From the NCBI GenBank assembly GCA_036375075.1, contig DASUSN010000211.1, positions 8,075 to 72,074 of the forward strand: DNA of 64,000 nucleotides, written 5' to 3'. The notes beneath the pieces were generated by a model that worked only from the letters and a program-made list of their open reading frames with translations, was not told the DNA's origin and did no database searches. The translations under genes and the position numbers were made by a program. Source of the DNA: Thermoanaerobaculia bacterium (GTDB lineage: Bacteria > Acidobacteriota > Thermoanaerobaculia > Gp7-AA8). Below are positions 59,016 through 64,000 of this stretch, in pieces (positions within the stretch are counted from its first letter, which is position 1; each line of letters begins with the position of its first letter).

Positions 59016-60149
59016 ATGATCTACCTCGACAACAACGCCACCACCCGGGTCGCCGATGAAGTGCTCGCGGCGATGACGCCGTACTACCGCGAGGTCTATG
59101 GCAACGCCCACGCGATCCACTCCCTCGGCCGCCGCGCCCACGACGCGGTCGAGGAGTCGCGCGACGAGCTGGCCCGCCTCCTCGGCTGCGACCGCGCGGA
59201 GGTGATCTTCACGAGCTGCGGGACCGAGGGGAACGCGATGGTCATCCGCGGCCTCGTCGACCGCCACCCGGACCGCCGCAAGGTCGTCACCACCGCCGTC
59301 GAGCACCCGTCCGTGCTCCTCCTCCTCCGCGCCCTGGAGCGCGAGGGGGTCATCGAGCTGGTCGTCGTCCCGGTGGATACCGAGGGGGTCATCGATCTCG
59401 ACCGGATGCAGGCCGCGATCGACGACCGCACGCTCCTGGTCAGCGTGATGCTGGCCCAGAACGAGACGGGCGTACTGCATCCCGTGGAGCGAATCGCGGA
59501 GCTGGCCCACGCGCGCGGCGCGCACGTGCACGTCGACGCCGTCCAGGCCGCGGGCAAAGTTCCCCTCGACCAGCGCTCCCTCGGCGCGGACTTCGTCACC
59601 ATCTCCGGCCACAAGTTCCACGCCCCGAAAGGCATCGGCGCGCTGACGATCCGGAAGGGGCTGGTCCTCCAGCCGCTCTGGCTCGGCGGCGGACAGGAGC
59701 TCGGCATGCGCTCGGGCACCGAGGCCGTGCCGGCGATCGTGGGGCTGGCGGCGGCGGCGCGGCTCGCGCGCAAAGCCCTCGCGGATTACGAGGGCGTCCG
59801 GGCCCTGCGCGACCGGCTCGAGCAGTCGATCTTGGCCCGCATCGACGAGACCTCCGTCAACGGCAGCACCCAGCCGCGCCTCGGCAACACCGCCAACATC
59901 TCCTTCCACGACGTCGCGGCGGACGAGATCGTCCGCGCACTCGACGCCGAGGGGGTGTGCGTGTCGGCGGGAGCGGCGTGTCACTCCGGGACCGTCGAGC
60001 CGAGCGGCACGATGAAGGCCATGGGCAAGCCGCTGCGCATCGCGATGGGGGCCGTCCGCTTCTCGCTCTCGCGCTACACCACGGCGGAGGAGATCGAGAC
60101 GACGGTCGACCTCGTTGCGAGCCGCGTTTTGGCGATTCACACAAAATAA
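59016..60149 (+). CDS. Cysteine desulfurase (NifS/IscS-like, class V aminotransferase)
   Basis: 'SGHKFHAPKGIGAL' PLP-lysine and 'SAGAACHSG' active-site Cys. Confidence 0.9.
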   Translation: MIYLDNNATTRVADEVLAAMTPYYREVYGNAHAIHSLGRRAHDAVEESRDELARLLGCDRAEVIFTSCGTEGNAMVIRGLVDRHPDRRKVVTTAVEHPSVLLLLRALEREGVIELVVVPVDTEGVIDLDRMQAAIDDRTLLVSVMLAQNETGVLHPVERIAELAHARGAHVHVDAVQAAGKVPLDQRSLGADFVTISGHKFHAPKGIGALTIRKGLVLQPLWLGGGQELGMRSGTEAVPAIVGLAAAARLARKALADYEGVRALRDRLEQSILARIDETSVNGSTQPRLGNTANISFHDVAADEIVRALDAEGVCVSAGAACHSGTVEPSGTMKAMGKPLRIAMGAVRFSLSRYTTAEEIETTVDLVASRVLAIHTK

Positions 60150-60165
60150 CTATAATGCTCGGCTT

Positions 60166-62337
60166 ATGCCGAGCCTGTTCTCCGCGATCCTCACCTTCTC
60201 GCTCCTCGCGGCCAGCGCCTTCGCGGCGGGCCGCGAGCTCGCCCCGCGCCCACTCGGCCCTTCGCCGTACGCGCAGCAGACGCCGCAGGTCGCCTATGCG
60301 GGCGGCAAGTACCTGACGGTGTGGCTCGAGCCGATGGAGGCCGCCGGGTGGCGCTACCTCGGCGCGTTCACCGATCGCCAGGGCAACCGCCTGTCGCCGT
60401 CGGCGTTCGTCGTGGTCCCCAATCCCGGGGCCGGGCCCGCGCAGCTCCTCGGCACGGGCAATTCGTTCGCGCTGTTCTTCCCGGTCGAGACGGGGATCCT
60501 GATGCTGGACATCGATCTGGCTGGCCACGTCACCGGCACGCGCACGATCGAGATCGAGGACTTTCGCTACGACCCCTCGGTGGCGTGGAACGGAACGCAC
60601 TTCGTGGCCATCGAGCACGAGCTCGACCGCCCGACCTCCGCACAGGCCGTGTTCTTCGACCGCTCCGGCGCGATCGTGCGCAAGGTCCCGCTCCCCTGCG
60701 CTCTCATCCGCCACGAGCTGCTGTCGGTGCGCACCGACGTAGTGGTCACGAGCGTCTGCGAGAGCGGCGGGCTGCGCGCGGACTTCCTCGACAGCAATGG
60801 CGCGATCACACCGGTGACGCTGGACCCGGCGAACACGCAATTCGGAGTGCGCGCCGCTGCCGCACCGGCGGCCAACGGCGCGACGCTCATCGCTTGGGCC
60901 ACGTCCGGGCCCGAACAGACCCTGAAGACCGCGATCGTCTCGGCATCCGGAACGGTCTCCGCGCCGAAGCTCATCGCCCAGGGGGGTGGGCCGCCGTACG
61001 AGCCGCGGATCGTGGTGAAGACCGCCACCGGGTTCCTGCTGCCCTTCGTGCAGCACGGCAGCCTGTCGATCGCGACCCTCGACGAGGATGGGGCACCCGT
61101 CGCCGTCAACCAGACGCCGGCGACCGCCTTCGGCTTCCCCGGCACCGCCGCCACCGACGGCACGGACGTGCTCGTGTCGGACATCCAGTACGAATCACAG
61201 CGGTCGCGCGGCCGCGTGCGGACGCGGCTGATCTCGGCGAACGGACAGCTCGGGCCCCCGGAGACCATTTCGATCACCCCCTCCCGCCAGCTCGCACCCA
61301 CCATCGGCGCGGGCAGCGGCTCGCTGGTCGGCGTGTGGACGGAACAGCAGGGTTTGACGTCGATCGTCCGTGCCGCGCACCTGACGCCGGACGCGATGGT
61401 CCTCTCCCATTCGATCATCGATCCCAACGCGACGCTGGTCAGCCGCGACCTGGCTTGGAACGGTGCGGCGTACCTCACCGTGATCCAGCGCAACGGCCAG
61501 TTGCGCGTGCAGCGCCTCGACGCCTTCGGACGCAAGGTCGGCAGCGCGATGCTCCTGTTCACCTCGGAGAACCCCATGGCGCGCGTCTCCGTGGTCTGGG
61601 CGGACGACCATTGGGAAGTCGCCGGCACCGACGGAGTCACGGCGTTCCACGCCACGGTGGCGGCAGACGGCGACGTGACGGGATGGGAAGCCCTGAAGCT
61701 CGAAGGCACGCTGCCGAACGAAGAGACCCGGCGCACCGGCGTGCGCGACGTCGCCATCGCCTGGGACGGCGAGCGCACCGTGATCGCGTGGATCGAAGGT
61801 CAGTACTACCCGTGCAGCTTCGAGTGCATCCAGGACCAGCCCGCGTTCATCGCCACGATCGACCCGATCGCGCACGCCGTGAGCGAGCCGCATCGCATCA
61901 GCGATCCCTATGAGCTCGCGGAGTCGCTGTCGCTCGCCACGAACGGAGAGGAGATCGTCGCGGCGATGACCCGCTACGACGGCAGGACCCTGCTCACGGC
62001 GCTCGACGCTTCGCTGGAGACCGTCGCCACCCGCAACGTGGACGGCGTGGCCGACCTGGCGTGGGACGGCAGCACGTTCATCCTCGCGCTGCGCGAGCGC
62101 AACCTGCTCACCATCCGCAGGCTGGACTCGAGCCTGCGCGACGCCGCGCGCGCTCGCGTCGCCGGCATCGCTCCCGCGGACGTCGTGGGCAGCGCGCCGA
62201 GCGTGGCCGTGGCCATCCCCGGCAACGCCGTCATCGGAATCCAGGAAGTCGACTCCAACAACGGCGCACGCGCGGTCGCGTACGTCGAACAAGAGGTCGA
62301 ATCCCTGTCGCAGCGGAGAAGAACCGTCAGGAGATGA
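60166..62337 (+). CDS. Large secreted repeat protein (W-x-G-x2-[FY]-L-V-x-W type modules)
   Basis: Signal peptide MPSLFSAILTFSLLAASAFA. About 12 modules such as 'VAYAGGKYLTVW', 'VAWNGTHFVAI', 'LAWNGAAYLTVI', 'IAWDGERTVIAW' and 'LAWDGSTFILAL'. Confidence 0.65.
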   Translation: MPSLFSAILTFSLLAASAFAAGRELAPRPLGPSPYAQQTPQVAYAGGKYLTVWLEPMEAAGWRYLGAFTDRQGNRLSPSAFVVVPNPGAGPAQLLGTGNSFALFFPVETGILMLDIDLAGHVTGTRTIEIEDFRYDPSVAWNGTHFVAIEHELDRPTSAQAVFFDRSGAIVRKVPLPCALIRHELLSVRTDVVVTSVCESGGLRADFLDSNGAITPVTLDPANTQFGVRAAAAPAANGATLIAWATSGPEQTLKTAIVSASGTVSAPKLIAQGGGPPYEPRIVVKTATGFLLPFVQHGSLSIATLDEDGAPVAVNQTPATAFGFPGTAATDGTDVLVSDIQYESQRSRGRVRTRLISANGQLGPPETISITPSRQLAPTIGAGSGSLVGVWTEQQGLTSIVRAAHLTPDAMVLSHSIIDPNATLVSRDLAWNGAAYLTVIQRNGQLRVQRLDAFGRKVGSAMLLFTSENPMARVSVVWADDHWEVAGTDGVTAFHATVAADGDVTGWEALKLEGTLPNEETRRTGVRDVAIAWDGERTVIAWIEGQYYPCSFECIQDQPAFIATIDPIAHAVSEPHRISDPYELAESLSLATNGEEIVAAMTRYDGRTLLTALDASLETVATRNVDGVADLAWDGSTFILALRERNLLTIRRLDSSLRDAARARVAGIAPADVVGSAPSVAVAIPGNAVIGIQEVDSNNGARAVAYVEQEVESLSQRRRTVRR

Positions 62338-62342
62338 CAGAC

Positions 62343-64000
62343 ATGCGCAGAGCCCTTGCGGCCGCTCTCTGCACCCTCGTCCTCGTTCCTCACACGCTGG
62401 CCGCGGGACGCGAGCTCGCGCCGCGGCCGCTGATCCCGCGGAGCGACTTCGTGCTCAACCTCGACGTTGCATGGGCCGGCGGCCGGTTCCTCACCGTCTG
62501 GGAAGCGCGCGACGGCCCGGACCGGGCCCTGTACGGGGTGCTCTCCGACGCAAACGGCCACCGCGTCTCGCCCGCCGCCTTCCTCATCGCCGAGACCAGC
62601 CTCGCGGGAGAGCTCACGCTCGACGTCGTCGGCACGAACGACTCCTTCGCCGTGTTCTGGAACGACGACGCGCGCGCGGTGCACATGACCGACGTCGCCC
62701 CCGACGGCACGATCCTCGGCACGCGCACGCTCGCGCTGCCGTCCGCGCGGCACGTGGTGGCGGAGTGGAGCGGCGACCGCTTCCTCGTGGCCGTCCATCG
62801 CGAGAACCAATTCCGGGAGCGCAGCGTGGCCGGGCTGCTCGCACGCGACGGCACGGTCATCCGCGACGACATCCGCCTCGATCCCACCGCCACCCCGTCG
62901 CACATCGCGGACACCGCGTTCGGCTTCCTCGTGTTCAGCCAGGGGCGGGACCTGATCGGCCACGTCGTGCTCCTCGACGGCTCGGCGGTGCAGGTCGCCA
63001 CGAGCGATGCCGGAGGGAACATCGTCTCGGCGCGCATCGGCAACGGGCGGCAGCTCGTCGCCTACGCCATGGGCGACGGGCAACTGCGCACGGCCACCTG
63101 GCACGTCGGAAACAAGTTCCAGGAGCAGACCGTCACCGTCGAGCGTAACGGCGTGTTGCCCGTGGGCATCCTGCCGGGCGACGGCGTGCATCTCCTCGTC
63201 TACGCCGGCATGGACGGGCTCTACACGATCCGGCTCGACGACGCCGGCGCGCCCGTGTCCCAGCCGCAGGTCGCCGCCACCGGCGTCCGCAACCCGCACG
63301 GCGCTTCGAACGGCACGGTGCTGTTCGTGCCTCATCGCTTCGCGGAGCTCTTCGACGAGTACGTCGCCTCGGTGGCCCTCACGCGGCAACCGGCGGCCGG
63401 CGCGCGGGAGACTCTCTCCATCCGCCCGGCCCGGCAGTCGCACGTGCTCGTCGGCGCCGGCGGCGGCTCGATGGTCGCGGTGTGGAACGAAGCGACGGCC
63501 GGCGGCGGCACGCGCATCCGGAGCGCGCGCATCGACCGCGATTTCGCGGCCGCGGAAGTCCACGAGATCGCCGCGGACGGCGTGCTGGCCGCGCGGACGC
63601 TTCCCTGGAACGGCACCGAATACCTCGTCCTCTACCTCGCTGCCGGCGGGCAGCTCCTCGCCGCGCGCGTCGGCTACGACGGCGCACCGATCGGCGGGCC
63701 GAAGCGCATCGCCGAGACGGACAGGATCCGCGCGGCCGCGACCTGGGCCGGCGACCGCTGGGCGGTGGCCTGGGCCTACGTGGACGGGTACCAGGTCATC
63801 CAATACGCCACGCTGTCGCACGGCGGCGTCCCGTCGTCTCCGCAGGATCTGACCCTCACCCCGAACCTCGCGTTCGACGTGGCGCTGGCTTTCGACGGCA
63901 ACCGCGTGCATCTCGCGTGGATCGAGACCGCGGGGCCGTACACCATCGAGCCGCCGCCGCACGGGCATGCCGTGCGCACCACGCGCCTCCGCCGCAACGG
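62343..64000 (+). CDS. Paralogous secreted repeat protein, 3' end beyond the window (partial)
   Basis: My own translation from ATG 62343 stays open to 64000 (not in the ORF track): MRRALAAALCTLVLVPHTLAAGRELAPRPLIPRSDF...VAWAGGRFLTVW...AEWSGDRFLVAV...LPWNGTEYLVLY...ATWAGDRWAVAW. The post-signal 'AAGRELAPRPL' is shared with 60166-62337. Confidence 0.6.
   Translation, partial: MRRALAAALCTLVLVPHTLAAGRELAPRPLIPRSDFVLNLDVAWAGGRFLTVWEARDGPDRALYGVLSDANGHRVSPAAFLIAETSLAGELTLDVVGTNDSFAVFWNDDARAVHMTDVAPDGTILGTRTLALPSARHVVAEWSGDRFLVAVHRENQFRERSVAGLLARDGTVIRDDIRLDPTATPSHIADTAFGFLVFSQGRDLIGHVVLLDGSAVQVATSDAGGNIVSARIGNGRQLVAYAMGDGQLRTATWHVGNKFQEQTVTVERNGVLPVGILPGDGVHLLVYAGMDGLYTIRLDDAGAPVSQPQVAATGVRNPHGASNGTVLFVPHRFAELFDEYVASVALTRQPAAGARETLSIRPARQSHVLVGAGGGSMVAVWNEATAGGGTRIRSARIDRDFAAAEVHEIAADGVLAARTLPWNGTEYLVLYLAAGGQLLAARVGYDGAPIGGPKRIAETDRIRAAATWAGDRWAVAWAYVDGYQVIQYATLSHGGVPSSPQDLTLTPNLAFDVALAFDGNRVHLAWIETAGPYTIEPPPHGHAVRTTRLRRN

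Noticed and set aside
59857-63968. Long minus-strand ORFs (399, 403, 365 and 664 aa) opposite the cysteine desulfurase and the secreted repeat genes
   Set aside because: These are antisense shadow ORFs with a low-complexity Arg/Ala/Gly/Asp composition. The plus-strand frames have a PLP-Lys/Cys active site or signal peptides with regular modules.

Overview
A 64-kb window of a high-G+C bacterial chromosome. The gene content hints at an Acidobacteriota-like organism (Rieske/split cytochrome b/octahaem c next to an aa3 oxidase, and many NHL or propeller-type secreted proteins), but that is inference only. I can support about 55 protein-coding genes. I saw no rRNA, tRNA, CRISPR array, transposase or integrase.

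Layout:
- 1-8.6 kb: housekeeping and regulatory genes. These include an MltA-like protein, a NarL-type two-component pair, a PI-PLC fusion protein and PEP carboxylase.
- 8.6-19.7 kb: a compositionally patchy accessory island. It holds a tightly coupled STAS/GHKL-ATPase, STAS-like (DUF4325-type) and PIN operon; a 330-bp array of helically phased 21-22-bp repeats; an AraC-VOC-UvrA-paralogue cassette; an orphan 370-aa protein; a 1148-aa SIR2-NB-ARC-TPR (Avs/NLR-like) protein; and a coupled 85-aa ORF.
- 19.7-35.1 kb: one co-directional respiratory supercluster. It runs ferredoxin, HEAT protein, Rieske, split cytochrome b, octahaem cytochrome c, cupredoxin, aa3 oxidase, haem A/O synthases and SCO1.
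- 35-54.7 kb: envelope, metabolic and secreted-repeat genes.
- 55.2-58.2 kb: an isolated nuoB-nuoCD-nuoI module.
- Right end: a cysteine desulfurase and two large paralogous secreted repeat proteins, the last running off the right edge.

The best candidates for an undescribed system are the GHKL/STAS/PIN triad with its upstream repeat array, and the SIR2-STAND locus with its flanking unknown genes. A second unusual layer is a set of intergenic hairpins whose arms are short tandem repeats, plus several REP/MITE-like palindromes. One of these sits in frame inside a glycosyltransferase gene.

All family assignments rest on motifs read by eye. No database search was run.
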